From Geosiphon pyriformis uo1 (taxonomy: Eukaryota > Fungi > Glomeromycota), in assembly GCA_016748015.1 (NCBI GenBank), contig JAAOMT010000514.1, positions 480,924-544,923 on the forward strand: 64,000 nt of DNA. Direction: 5' to 3'. This document shows positions 39,294 through 52,151 of the stretch, one piece after another. Each line of letters opens with the position of its first letter. Within the stretch, counting starts at the first letter, position 1. The position numbers and the translations under genes were made by a program. The notes under the pieces are model-generated. The model did no database searches, had not been told where the DNA came from, and saw nothing but the letters and a program-made list of their open reading frames with translations.

Positions 39294-39662
39294 TGCGACA
39301 AATAGAGGTATAGTAGAAGAAATGACTTGATGAACAAAGGGTGAAGGAATAAAGTAAAGCGATTTCTTTTAAAAATTTTCTCGCTCTCACAGCGGCCAGT
39401 GGATTGACGAGACATTTTTTAAAATTAAATAATTTATTAAAATTAATTAAAACTATAAGTTTTTTTAATACAATTAATTTTAATAAATTAAAGAAATTTA
39501 ATTGTTTATGTAAATGTTTTTTTGCTGTTAATTATAATTTAATAAATGCTAAATAATTTTCTAAATTTATTATCATATTTAATTATAAGCAAAATATTAA
39601 TAATTAATTTGTAAATTTTTATTATTATTGTTTTATAAGTACAGTTTAATTACTATTTAAGA

Positions 39663-41727
39663 ATGAACTTGAAGTTAAAATCTGATTTGCCTCTCAATTT
39701 TTCCAATGATGCATTCTGTTACCCTTTGTTGTATGGTTTAAAAACTTTTGAGCAGGTCCAGACTGAGAATAAAGTAACTTTTATAATGTGTTTTGTAAAC
39801 TCTGTCAGAATTTTAAGTCATTTGTTTTTACACCAGTCTTATAACTTGCAAGTTTTGTCTTAAAGTCCACTTTATTCTTTGGTTTCTCTCACTTATATTA
39901 GAATTAGTGCTTCTAATAATTTTTTGACAGATGTGATTCATATTTTTCTTTGGTGTAAGTTGTCTTTGAGTGGTTATATGAACAATTTTTTCTGTCTTCA
40001 TAATAGGACTTCCATGTTATCTGTTCTTAGCAAATCTGAATTTTTTAAGTTTTTTCCATTTTTTCAATGCTATGATATTGCTTTTATAAAGCAGCTTTGC
40101 TGTAAAAATGGTGCTGTTTTTGATTAAAAAATCTTTAAATATTAGAAATGATTGGATCTGTGTAGTTCTGTTCATGATTGGTTTGGATGTTCTGTTAGCT
40201 TTCTTAATAGTAAGATTTTTTCTCTTACTTGTTTGGCTTCCTTTGGTGTTTCTGAATCTTCAAATGTTTTAAAAACTGGTAAATTTAGGCTTGCACATAA
40301 TTATTTGTTGAATGTTATAGCTAACAGCTTTTTTGTCTATACTGATGGATTTCTAAAAAACTTGGAAGTGTAGATGTTAGGGCTGGTATGATAAGTTATT
40401 ATGAGGATATTGATCTGGGTTTGGAGATTAGAATTTCAGGTCTGATGTTTTCTACTCTGGCAAAATTGCAGACTGTTGTATTGGCTCTCAAGTGTGTTTT
40501 CTCACTTAGCTTGGTTTACTTTTTTACAGACAATTAGACTGCTTTAAATGTGTGCAAATTGGAATTGGGTCTAATGTGTCCAGATTTTTGGAATTAGTAT
40601 TGGGTTGAGCATCAGCACATAGTGAACATTGTTTGAAAAAAAATTTAAACATTAGTTAACACAAAGTAAAAGAATATTTGGGTGTTTCAGGTAATATGTA
40701 TGCTAATATGCTTGCTAATGTGGCTTCTTTTTCTTCATGGTGTTTTCCTTTCCAATTAGATGAACATTACATTTTGGCTGAAGATGATGTTGTTTTTGGC
40801 AATTTTAGGCATTTTGTTCATGAAATCTTTTGGTCTATTTATTATGCATGTTAAAAAGTCAGTTCTGGATAGTAATTTGCTATTAAATATTGATTGGTCT
40901 AGCTTATTTTTGGTGTAGCATCCCAATTTGCATATGGCTGCTGGTTTTACTAATAGACCAACTGCTGATGCTTATACATATTTTATGAAAACTTTACACC
41001 ATTAGCTGCTGGTTGTTGTTTAGAAGTGTCTATATAACAGGAGTTACCCCAATGTGTTATGTCTGTATTATGGTAATATTGAGATCTCAGATCATGCTTT
41101 TTCTTGTATGGTTGATAATTCTGTTCACTGTTAATTGTTGAATGCTTATGTGATTGTTTGAGGTGTACTTTTTGGTCTTCCTTGCTTCTCTTTATGTATG
41201 TTTCAGTTGCTATCCTCTTGTGTTTTAAATATGGCAGTATGTATGGCTCTTTGTAAAGACTTTGTTTTTAATAATTGGCTTCAAGAGACTGTGTTTATTT
41301 TCAGGAATGCAAAGATTGCAAATTAGAAGATTGTGGACTTTGTATGTAACTTCTGCTTTGTTTTCAGAAATGAGGTTTGGGTTGTCTATGCTAAGCATTG
41401 TGTATTTATAGAAAAAAATAGACTGATACTATGTAATAGTTTGGCTCTGATTTCAGTCTCTGGGCTGTTTTCGGTGCTTTCTGCCAGTGTGGTTAAATTG
41501 CTCAATATTGCTGAGGCATTTAGTACTAGCTTTGGATTTTATAAGTTTTGCTTGTTTTTTTTGGGTGTTGGAGATCTTGTTTTTGTTTATATAAATGCTT
41601 AGTGTTGTTCTGATTGGCTTGAGTGACTGGTTACATGTAAAAAATGCATGATTCATGTCTAGTTTAGATCAATTATTTGATGTATTATACTAGATAGTAT
41701 TTGGATCTTGTTTATAAAAAAAAAAAA
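39663..41727 (+). mobile_element. 5'-truncated LINE 'C' (post-RT region, RNase H, 3' UTR, poly(A))
   Basis: LKLKSDLPLNFSND..YGLKTFEQVQ, VYTDGFLKNL, and a C-terminus ...GVGDLVFVYINA* homologous to LINE A and B. UTR 41603-41715, poly(A) 41716-41727. Confidence 0.88.
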
Positions 41728-41729
41728 TT

Positions 41730-42300
41730 TAAGAATATAAAATTAAATAAAACTTTAAATTAAGTATAGCTTATGCTTTTTTTATACATAATCAGCTATT
41801 TAGACTAATCAAAACAGCACTATATATCTAAATTACTTATTAAAAAAACATTATTCAAAAAACCAAAATTTAATCTGAGTAAACAAAAGTGCAACTCAAA
41901 GCAAATATAAATACCTAATCTAACACTAAAACTGCAAATTAATTCAAGAAACCACAAGGATAACAAACCAGAAATTGAAAGAATATTGAATTTATTACAT
42001 GGTAAAAAATTATGTTTTTTATAATAAAATTTCAACTTGATAGCTAACAGTCATATTATAGACTTATAATTCTTAGCAAGACTACAGACTAACTTAACAA
42101 CTAATATACTATTATCAAATCTAATATCCAAACAGCTTATTGTATTAGCCATCCAATTTTTCAACATAAAGTTCTTAATTAGCAATATATACAAATTAGT
42201 AAATATCTTGGTTTTGTACAAAGATTAAACAATTATATTTTTTTTAGTAAATATATCTAATAATTTATTTTATTTTAAGACAATATTTAATAATAATTCA
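41730..42300 (-). mobile_element. Decayed 3' fragment of a divergent LINE, tail-to-tail with LINE C
   Basis: ORF 41820-42035 resembles the ORF2 C-terminus (KKHNFLPC...SISGLLSLW...GIYICF). It is followed on the minus strand by tagtgctgttttgattagtctaaatagctgatt, a drifted copy of the 3' UTR start. Confidence 0.55.
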
Positions 42301-42834
42301 TCTTTAGTATTGTCATTATGCATACACAAAAATAAATAATTAGAGTTTTTTACCAATTTATATTAAATACAAGTCATATTCAGATATTTTAAATTATACA
42401 ATCTCTTTTTTTTAGCTATAAATGTAAATTTTAATTAAAACTTTTTATTATTAAATTATAAATTAAAATAAAATATATTTGTTTAATTGTTTATTTTAAT
42501 ATTTAATTTTATAATTATATTTATTTAATTAAAAATTTTAGTAAATAATTTGTTATATAATTAAACTAAAAGCTTAATAATTTATAAATATTATAAAATA
42601 GATATTTAAAAAATATTTTTTATTGTTTATATAATTATAAAATATTTTATTTAATAATAATATAATTTTATTAACCAAAAACATTATTTTATTAATATAA
42701 ACAATAATATATATTTTGTTATTATTTAATTAAAATAAATAATATTTAATTAAAATTCTAAAGCAATAATATAAATAATAAATTATTTATTTAAATTAAA
42801 TATTATTACCAACAGAAATTTAAGTTATTATTAT

Positions 42835-44675
42835 TATTTTTATTATTATATACAAGTAAGATCCAAATGTCACTTAACACAATACATTAAACTAAGTAAT
42901 TTAAACTAAGTATAAATTATATATTTTCTATATATAACTAGCTACTTAAGTTAATTAAAGCAACATTATAAATTTATCTTAACAGAAACTATGCAACCAG
43001 TACCAAAAAAAAAACTGTAAAACTTATAAAAACCAAAATTAACACTATGCATCTTTGTATTCTAAGCAATCTAACAACATTATTAAAAAGCAAAATTAAA
43101 AAACCACAAATTTCTAAGAGCACAAAACCATTATGTGCAATCAAACTCTTTTTCTTCATAAATATTTTATACTTAGCCCTTATTAATTATACTTTAGTCT
43201 AATAAGCTATTCTCAAATTTTGTATCAGATCAACAATTTTTTTGCTAGTAGTCTTGATACAATCAAACAGAAACAGTTTTTAAATACTATTCATTAAACT
43301 AAAAATTTTTGCATAAAACATGTATACAGTATTGTCAGAAGTATATAAGAAGAGTAATTGTAAAATATGAGACAATAATAAGTTTAAGTCTGATACAAAA
43401 ACTTACTAAACTAAATATAAATCAAGCAGTTTTTTGCAAATACCAAAGTTCATTATGTACATAAAAGAATAATTAGGAAGTTTTACTTCTTGACAATATA
43501 GACACAACATATTAGAATACTTTTTGTTATATAAGTATTTACAAACAAAGTTTTTATAAAATATAAACATAAACCAATAGTAGTTTTACTTATAAAACCA
43601 GATACCATATACAAATTGAAGTACCAAACTGATGAATTTTGAACTCAATTTACATTTTTAATCATGTTTTTACTAATAATATTAGAACCAAGCCCAACTT
43701 CCCAGCAAATGTAATAAACAGTCTTAAAAATATTACAAGTAAAATAATAAACATTTTTAAATACTGCTATTCTACTTTCTCTAATATATATTTTCTTAAC
43801 AAGAACAGAAAATATCAAATTCGAACATGAAGTTAAATTAGCCAATATGTTAGCACATTTATTATTCAAAACATCTAAATGGTTTTTAACTTTGGCTTAT
43901 AAAACATTAAGCTTTTTATATTTAATAAAGTTCACAATACAATATCTTTTAATTCAACAATAATTATAAAAGTCTGATAAAACCATATTTAATTTTACAG
44001 CACAAGCATTCAAAGCAATCTGACTGTTTGAATATATTATAATAGTACTAAAAGCTAAAATACACTCCAAGATTAAAGCAATTGTCTGTAATTTTGCTAT
44101 TGTAAAAAACACCAAACCACTAATCTTGACACCAATACTTAAATTCAAGTTGAAAAAAATACAGTTACACTACACCTTATTTTATGTATACCCAAGTTTT
44201 TTAAAAACTTATCCATATAAACATTAATAATATCCAAATTAGCACCAGAAAACCACTATTTTATTATAAAAAAATTATTAATACCAAAAACATCTAAAAG
44301 CTAAAAGTTACTAACAAGTGACTAAACAATAAGATAAGAAGTAAGATTAATCAAGTAATTACATGCTAATTTGAAACAAACAGGAATTGAGTCTTTAAGA
44401 TTGAGCTTTTTTCAATAATAAAAACTTTTCTAATCAAAAACTAAGCTCTTTTTATTATACAATTTTTTAACAAAAACAATATCAAACTTTTTAAATAAGC
44501 AAAAAACATTATAAAACATCATGTTTTTCAAAATAAAAAATATTGGAATACCACCAGAAAAACAAAATACCAAAAAAAATTATTGGTAAAAAAAAAGCCA
44601 TAAATTAGAAAAATTTTTATCATATTAGTTAAGAAATTATTAACCAGACTGATTTTTAACTTTACAGAAATCTGT
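42835..44675 (-). mobile_element. Strongly decayed LINE 'D' 3' part (RNase H region and 3' UTR), interrupted by a Gypsy element at 44676
   Basis: LSIGVKISGLVFFTIAKLQTIALILEC...YSNSQIAL matches the RNase H of the other LINEs. Drifted 3' UTR at ~42850-42970 (tttggatcttact). Confidence 0.8.
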
Positions 44676-45948
44676 TGTTACAGATAAATTTAATAAAATA
44701 TAATAGTAATATTTGGTGCTTTAAATTTAAATAAAAAGAGTTTGAAGGTTTTTTTTTGTAAGCTTATATAGTATGTTAGTGTTACTAGTCTTTGAAAGTC
44801 TTTTAATGGATGTAAATTTATCTGTATAGTTCTTTGATTTAAGACACAAAGATATAGTTTTACAGTATTGTAATTTGTATATATAAGCTATTTTCTTCAA
44901 GCTAGTCAAGTATAGTTACTAGAGTCTGACAGTATCTTTTCACTTTTCTGATAAGTTAACAAAATAATATTAATATCCAATTCTAGGAGAAGCTTCTCTT
45001 TTTTACCAAGCTATTACAAAATCTATTTTCAAACAGTCAATTTTTTTATGTTGTTGTTTCATGAGAAAATAAAAAAAATGAAAGAAAAAAATTAGTATTG
45101 TTAATTATTATAATTAAGAACAATTGGTTTAAATTATTATTTGTTCAAAGCATTTTATGTTAAGAGCATCTGACCAAGACTAAAGATAAGAAAATAAATA
45201 ATTTGATTTAAACACGAAATTTGAAAATTATAAATGAGTAATTTTTGATTTCAAATATTTTCTTTATTTAAAGTAATATAAATATATAGATAAAATAGAT
45301 CTAATAGATATGAATAATAAATATATTTTTTATTTGACTATTTTTTTTTTCTATTTTTTTTTATTGCTAAAATTATTTATTTTTATATATATTTTTAGTT
45401 TTACAAGATTGTTTTTCAATTACTTGATATTATTAGCTATTGCTTACTATTTTGGTTGTTATTTTGTTTTTTTATACTGTAACTAGTTATTCTATATTAT
45501 AACTAACTATTTCATATTATTGTGTTATCTTGCATTATTTTGAGTTATAATATATTATTCTGTATTATTTTATGTTATTATATTTTTCTATATTATTACA
45601 TTTTTTAATCACATTTTTTTGATATTTTTTGAACTTGTTTTTTTTTTTATTCAGGTAATATTATCTTTTTTTTTTAGAATTGAGCTCTTGTAAAATTATA
45701 TATATTTGTAAAAATTGTTCTTTTGATATAGTATTTAATTATTATATTGAGTATTGCTTTTTGTAAGTCTTCAAACTATGTATTTGTTATATGTTTTATG
45801 CTGTTAACTATAATAGTTTTTAGTGTATTATCTAGTAATATGGCTAAAAAGTATTTAAAAACTACATACAATCAATAAATTGCTTTGTAGTATAATATTA
45901 AGTTGTTTTTTTTTACAAATTCTTCTACTTGTTTAAAAGCTTTTCTAT

Positions 45949-46637
45949 TGTTATGGTTGAAACCCATAATTTTTATTAGTTATCACATGTATTAGTCACT
46001 GATGTCATATAATTAGCCACTCTATTTTTAGATAGTGATCATTGACCTGATCAATGACTTGACTGTTGACCTAATCATTGACCTGATTATTGACCTAATC
46101 GTTGATCTGGTCATTGACCACTTTCAATAGCTATATAAGCAATGAGTCTTTTAACTGTAGAAAATCATCTCTCAGACAAGAATCAAATAAATAAAAATAA
46201 CAACTTTCATCTCAATCACTCTCTTATCACTAATTTCCCTTTCCTTATCTTCAAGTATCTGAACATCTTAAGATAAAAAATTACTTGTTGGCCTTTTCCT
46301 GTTTGAATAATTGTAGTATTTGAAGATTATTTAAATAAATGTGACTGAAAAGCACAAGTTGATACCTAATATTGAATTCTAAGAGTGCTGACATAAGACA
46401 TAAAATTATACCAGTGGTGATCAATTGTTGACAGTATGGACTATCTTTCTATCTTCAGATTTCTCAGTTACCTTTGAAAAAAATAGCAACTGAGATATTT
46501 TATGAGACTGATCTTGCACATTGAATTCTTACTCATTCAATTCGCTCTTTGAAGTTGAATCCTCTTTGATTATTTCCATCACCCTACAATCCTGTTCTTC
46601 CTTGCTATCTGTTAGCTTGTTACTCTAACCCATAACA
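45949..46637 (+). mobile_element. Solo LTR (689 bp) with 4-bp target-site duplication
   Basis: Termini TGTTATGG...CCATAACA. CTAT flanks both sides (45945-45948, 46638-46641). Removing it restores G4 collinearity with G1. Internal 12-bp tandem array, TATATAA at 46132, AATAAA near 46186. Confidence 0.88.
46037..46120 (+). repeat. Tandem array of ~12-bp units (ttgacctaatca-like) in the solo LTR
   Basis: tgatcattgacctgatcaatgacttgactgttgacctaatcattgacctgattattgacctaatcgttgatctggtcattgacc. Confidence 0.8.
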
Positions 46638-47856
46638 CTATTAAAGATTCATTTATTAAGATCTTTATATGGTGTTCTCAATCCTAGTTGTTTATTAATT
46701 TTAAAGAACCAATAGACTAGTGAAAATCTTTCTTTTTATTTTCTGGTGTTTTCTGATGTCTATTTTTCTATATCAAATAGTTTGATTTTCTGAAAAAAAC
46801 TTTATTAGATTTCTTTCAGTATTAAAAACCACATATTTTTTTTTTAATTGTTTTTAGGAATAAAAATTCTCAATTTTAGTTGAACTTTTGCTCACTTTTT
46901 TCTTGTGCAAATTTCTGTATTGTATCTTTTTTTTATTAATTGTAATTTCTATTGGTGTTGTAAATTGTTAAATTGTTTTAAATAATTGTTTTAAAAGTTT
47001 TAGAATTTGATCTAAAAGATTTATGTTGAAAGTTTTATTATCTTTTTTTTTGCTGTCTTGGTCTTTATATATATTTAAATTTGCAATTTTAATTTATTAT
47101 TAGTGGACTATATTTTAATGATGATAATTAGTTCCAAATTTTGTAGTATATTTTTTGGTTTGATTAATGAAATTTGTGTTCTTAGTTGAAGTACAAATAA
47201 TAATAATTCTTGATTAGTATGATAAATTTTCAGTCAATTTTTATGTGTTACTTTCTTTAAAATTTTGTTTTTTAATCATAATTTATATATTTTATTGCTT
47301 AAAATTTTATGTATGTAAAATAATTTATCCCATTTTGGATTAAACTTTCCACTTTACTGTTTCTTAGCTTTAATACAATGTAATAATACTCTGTTTTCAA
47401 TCTTGAATTCAGTTAGTTAGTTAAATAGGTGATTATTATATTTCTTTTTCTGTTATTTTTGATATTGTCAACTGTTATTTTATAATTGTTTTCTAATATT
47501 TCTATTAATTAGTATGTTTTTTGGTATAAGATAGCTTCAAAATTCTCTTTGGTAATTAATTTTGTTAAGAAAAAAAATATTTTTTATTTAATAAATAGAG
47601 TGGCTTGTCTTTTATAGACTAGTTTAAATAGTGTGAACTGAATAATATTTTGCTTTAATGTTTAATATGCAAATAATACAGAAGATATAAATAAGTTTTA
47701 TTCTTGTGCTTTTTTGTAACTTATTTTTATTAATGCTTTACATAATATTTAGTTAAATTATTTTACCAGTTTAATTGTTTATAGGTAATATGATAATAAT
47801 AATAATAATAATAATAATTGCATTATTTCAAATTGTTGACTTAGTTTGATTAATAT

Positions 47857-50800
47857 TGTTACTCATAGAATATAGGAATTATATTAGTACATAAATTAAC
47901 TAATCAGAATAGGTATAGTAAAAGTGAAATTCCAGAATTTTTTTTAGAGAAATTGCAGGATTCCAGAATTCCAAAATTTCTCTTGAAGAATTACAGAATT
48001 CTAAAAATTTCAAGATTCTTGACTAGAGAATTAAAAAATTCAAGGAATCTTGTACAAAAAAATTTATGTATATATAATGATAGTATTAAAAGCAAATAAG
48101 ACAGAATTCTTAGTTTAGAATCTATAGTTCCAATTTCCCATTCATCTTTTTATATAATAGTATCTTATGATATAAAGTAGAAATATTAAATATCAATAAA
48201 ATTTTTATTACTATTACAATTTATCTTTTATTATTAACAAATCCATGTTGATAGTTACTAATATTTAACTACACTAAACCAATAGCTCTTGATTATGACT
48301 ATTAACAATATATTAACTCTTTTTTGTCTTGGCTTATTTTCTTTATTTTTCATTTATTTTATTTTGTTTTTGTTGTTATTTACTAATTAATTTAAGGGAT
48401 TAAGTACTGATTAAATTAAAATTAAGGATAGTTTGGTAAAAAACCCCAAAAAAAGAATATAAAGTTTAAAGAATTTACAAATAGCTTACCAAAAGAACAC
48501 AACTGTCAAAATAAACAGGCTGCTATATTAAAAACAGAAATTGGACAGAATTGCAATTCTGGAAGAATACTAAACAATACTTGAATCTCTGTTCATTATA
48601 CAAAAAACTCCAACCAAAACCTTTAGATTAAGAAAATCTTCAGATATTACCAACTATATCAACTATTGAGCACCAAGTTATAAGTTTGTTATTTGTATTA
48701 ACATCTCAAATAATTATTTGTAACATTTGGTGCTCTCTGTGAGATATAATTTTACAGAGAACCAGTACCAACAACAATTATTCAAAAGTGGCAAAATTAG
48801 AAAGAAGAGAAACAAACTATCTAGTATTTGCCAAATCCTTATTTTAATACTACTGTCAACACTTGGAATTAACCAACAACCAATTATTAGTAAAATCAGC
48901 CTTCAATTTTTACATTAATAAAAAAATTAAATATTTTCTGGAAGAACCAGTAAATACCAAATTAGCAAGAAGAAATTTTTACAATAAATTAATTTAATAC
49001 ACCAGCTTACTATTAAACTACAACTTTGTCCCAATTATTATTAAAATCAACAGAAAAATTGAAAATTACACCCAACAAACATTTCCTATTATCTATGCAA
49101 AAAAAGGCAAAAGAAATCTACAAACACCAGCAGAAACCTCAAAGCAAATATACTTACCTACTTGGAAAAAACAAAGAGTTAATTTACCAGTTAATTTATC
49201 ATATTATTACACATATAAAAGTACCATTAATATAACATCAATAAACATGTTCATAGTAAATGTAACAATATCACTAAACAGAATTTCATTCCAAAGTAAA
49301 CAGAAAAAAACAAAGTTATTAAGAACCTATGATAATTATTTTGAGAAATTTAAATCGTAATTTTCAATGCCATTAAAATTTTGATTACTATTATCTCAAC
49401 CAAATTTCAAAACCACTAGTCTTTAGAAAGTAATAGAATCAAAAGAAAAAGAAGATGAAGATCAAGAATTTAATTATCAAAATCTAATTTCAAAAAACCC
49501 AGAAATACAAACTCTAATTGTTCAAACTTAGTAAAATTCAAACAATCCAAACTCCACCTCTATTGTTTACTAAAACTTACCTCCAGTAATCATAATAGAT
49601 CCACCAGTTGATCCAATTGCTAAACAGCAACAACAACAGTCATAATCACTACCTTAGCAATCACTCCAACAGTAATTATTTCAACAGCAACCATAACAAC
49701 AACAACTGCCACTAGTACAAATAGTCTATGCTCTAATTGCAAAACTCGAGAAATTTACAAGTAAAAAAGATGACATTCAAGCTTGATTCAATAATATAGA
49801 AAAAGCTATTACAGTCAACAGATAAGATGATGTTAGAGCATTATAGATGATTTTATATTTTCTTCAAAATACTGTCAACTTATGGTATTAAAGCCTAATC
49901 TAGAAATCCCAAGACTTCAATGCTTTTAAACTAAAATTTCTTAGATATTTTAATAATAATAATAGTATTAACTGTCTAGTAAATACATTCACAACTATCA
50001 AACAAGGAGATACTAAAGCAGTTATCATATACCTAGGATGCTTTCATAGAAACTTATGCCAAATACAAGCAATTAACATAAATTACTTTACAGTACCACA
50101 GATTTTGAACCAGTTCATCTATGGGCTATACAGTAGTATCCTTCAGTGTGTACATTCAATGCACTCACACACTCTCCAAGATACAGTTACCAATGCCCAA
50201 GATTTTGAATTGGCTAAGCTAAAAGTTAATCATGTCCATATTATTAATCTAGTAATAAACAAATTATCTAAATTGGATTTCAAGTTAAAACAATTTAGTA
50301 ATTTCATTAATCAAAAATTAGAAAGATACTTAGCTAACAATCAGACAATTTATTAACTACCATAATGTCATAATAATCCAGGAAACTCAAATAGTCTCCA
50401 AAATTAATCATGTTTATCATTATTAATCAATTAACAGTGGCAATAAGAAATGCATAATTGTCACTATTGTGGTAAACAAGAATATTTGCAATTCAAATAT
50501 CATAAATGATTAAATAATTAATGATCAGGAAATCAGTATTGAAACTCCAATTGCTGATTTTAAACCAGAATTACATTAGTAATTAATCATCTGAACAATT
50601 TTAACATTAACTGTATTATGCTCAAGTAATACAGCCAATTTATTAATTTCCAGTATATTAAACTCTAACACTTGTAATATATCAGCTGCAATGACAAATA
50701 ATTTATCAACCCCAACCAATTTAAACACCACCAAACTTAGCTCAAATATTATCTGAAAACCAAAGACTAAAAATTACCCACACACAGCAAAACTGGAGAT

Positions 50801-50896
50801 TGGCAATGATAATGCATTAACTAATTTTCAGCTCATTAAACCAGCTATCAAAATTCTACCAGCAAAGTCCAGAAAATGAGTACACTCAAAACTCAA
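47857..50896 (+). mobile_element. Ty3/Gypsy element G3: 5' LTR (47857-48725), PBS and decayed gag; interrupted at 50897
   Basis: LTR termini TGTTACTC...TTTGTAACA, then TT-TGGTGCTCTCTGTGAG (PBS). Gag relics include APIAKLEKFTS, TFTTIKQGDTKAV, QILNQFIYGL and the knuckle CHYCGKQEY. Confidence 0.85.
48728..48743 (+). promoter_or_regulatory. Primer-binding site of G3
   Basis: TGGTGCTCTCTGTGAG lies 2 nt after the LTR end and is complementary to a tRNA 3' end (...GAGCACCA). tRNA identity not determined. Confidence 0.75.
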
Positions 50897-51142
50897 TGTT
50901 ACTAGGAGTTTTTGGTCTCTTTTCTTGAATATTGTTAATGTTTGTTTGTTGTAAATTCACATTTTTTAGAAGTAGTTAAATCTTTAATAACTGAATTTAT
51001 GTTCAAATTATCATTTATAATTTGAACTGCTGGACTTATAAGTAGAATGGCCAATTCCATGCCAGTTACTTTGTGTAGTTACATTGTAGTAAATGTCAAT
51101 TCTTTTTCACAAATTGCTTATCTGAAAGCTCACTAAAGATAT
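50897..51142 (-). mobile_element. Terminal part of an LTR (G5) of the G2 family, interrupted by G1
   Basis: Reverse complement of ~60730-60973 (agtgagct..., gtaactggca..gaattggccattc, aagagaccaaaaac..cagtaaca), ending at TGTTA 50897. Confidence 0.85.
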
Positions 51143-52138
51143 TGTTATAGGTAAACTTGGTGGAGTATGGTGATAATGTTTAATACTCTAATTTAGTATT
51201 CTAAGGTTGTATGTTTTCCACAGGGTTGATATTTATCAGTCTCTGAAGGTCTTTTCTGGATGAGAATTTATCTGTTGAGTTCTTTGGTTATAAGGCACAG
51301 AGTTTGTTTTTCATTGATTGCAATGTTTTCCGTAAATATAAGCTTTTTTTTCTGCACTAACAAGCACAGTTGTTAGGGTCTGGCATTGTCTTGTTGCCCT
51401 TTTGGTAAACTATCAAGATAACGTTAATATCTAAAACTTAGGAGGAGCTTCTCTTTTTTACCAGGCTATCACAAAGTCTATTTCAAAACAGTCAATTTTT
51501 CTATGTTGCCACTCCAAACAAAAGAAGAAAAAAAAATAAAGAAAAAAAAGAAAAAAAAAGAAAAAGAATTAGTTCCTGTCAATCATCGTAATTGAAAGCA
51601 ATTAGTACAAATTGTTAAGAGTTTGAGGCATTTATGCTAATGGCATCTGTCCCAGAACAAAGGTAGGAAATACTGATTTTAATTTCAATTAAAATCCATA
51701 AGATTGGAGAACATGAATAAGTAAATTGGATTTTGTGTTTTTGATAATTATTGTATTTCGGACTATGGATATATGATAGGTAGAATACAAAATAAAATTG
51801 ATTTCTAATTAACTGTCTAACTTCCTTTTTTTTTTACTTTTACAACTACTTATTTTTATACATTCTTTTGGTTTTACAGGATTGCTTTCAATTGCTTTAC
51901 TATTGCTAGCTATTGTTTTGTTATTGTTAGCTATTGTTTATTATTGCTAGCTATTGCTCATTATTGCTATCTATTGCTTATTATTGCTAGCTATTGCTCA
52001 TTATTGCTATCTATTGCTTGTTATTGTTAGCTATTGCTTATATTTGTCTTATGTTACCTCAAGTTGTACCACGTTTTTCTTGTCACATTTTTTTGTCACG
52101 TTTTCCCATAGCTTTTTGGTTTTTCTACTCAGATAACA
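51143..52138 (-). repeat. 3' LTR of G1 (~996 bp) with a ~10-bp tandem array at 51890-52045
   Basis: Inverted termini TGTTAT/ATAACA, adjacent PPT, homology to 44676-45660, a (ctattgctag/ttattgctat)n array, and TATAAAA on the minus strand at 51860-51854. Confidence 0.85.
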
Positions 52139-52151
52139 TTATTCCTCTCTT

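Larger units (their letters stand above)
32535..39413 (-). mobile_element. Full-length LINE 'B' (ORF1 + ORF2 APE-RT-RNase H), inactivated
   Basis: T-rich tail 32535-32565, 3' UTR 32567-32681, ORF2, ORF1 (MELVGSSAGGSG at 39293), and a ~120-nt 5' UTR ending abruptly at AT-rich flank near 39413. Confidence 0.93.
44676..47856 (-). mobile_element. Decayed Ty3/Gypsy element G4 (3' LTR 44676-45660, extra 3' ORF, integrase C-terminus); same family as G1
   Basis: Collinear with 51143-53715, sharing e.g. aggagaagcttctctttttaccaagctat and agaattgagctc. Starts at TGTTA 44676, is interrupted by a solo LTR, and is cut at 47857 by G3. Confidence 0.85.

Noticed and set aside
22857-39390. Plus-strand and alternative-frame ORFs over LINE A and B
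   Set aside because: Antisense or off-frame shadows of the LINE ORFs with no independent motifs.
45949-46637. MITE/DNA transposon because of terminal inverted repeats
   Set aside because: TG...CA termini of the same TGTTA type as neighbouring LTRs, plus a U3 array, TATA and poly(A) signal, fit a solo LTR better.
51954-52136. Hydrophobic 60-aa ORF as a membrane or Env peptide
   Set aside because: It is the translation of the 10-bp tandem array inside the G1 LTR, antisense to the element.
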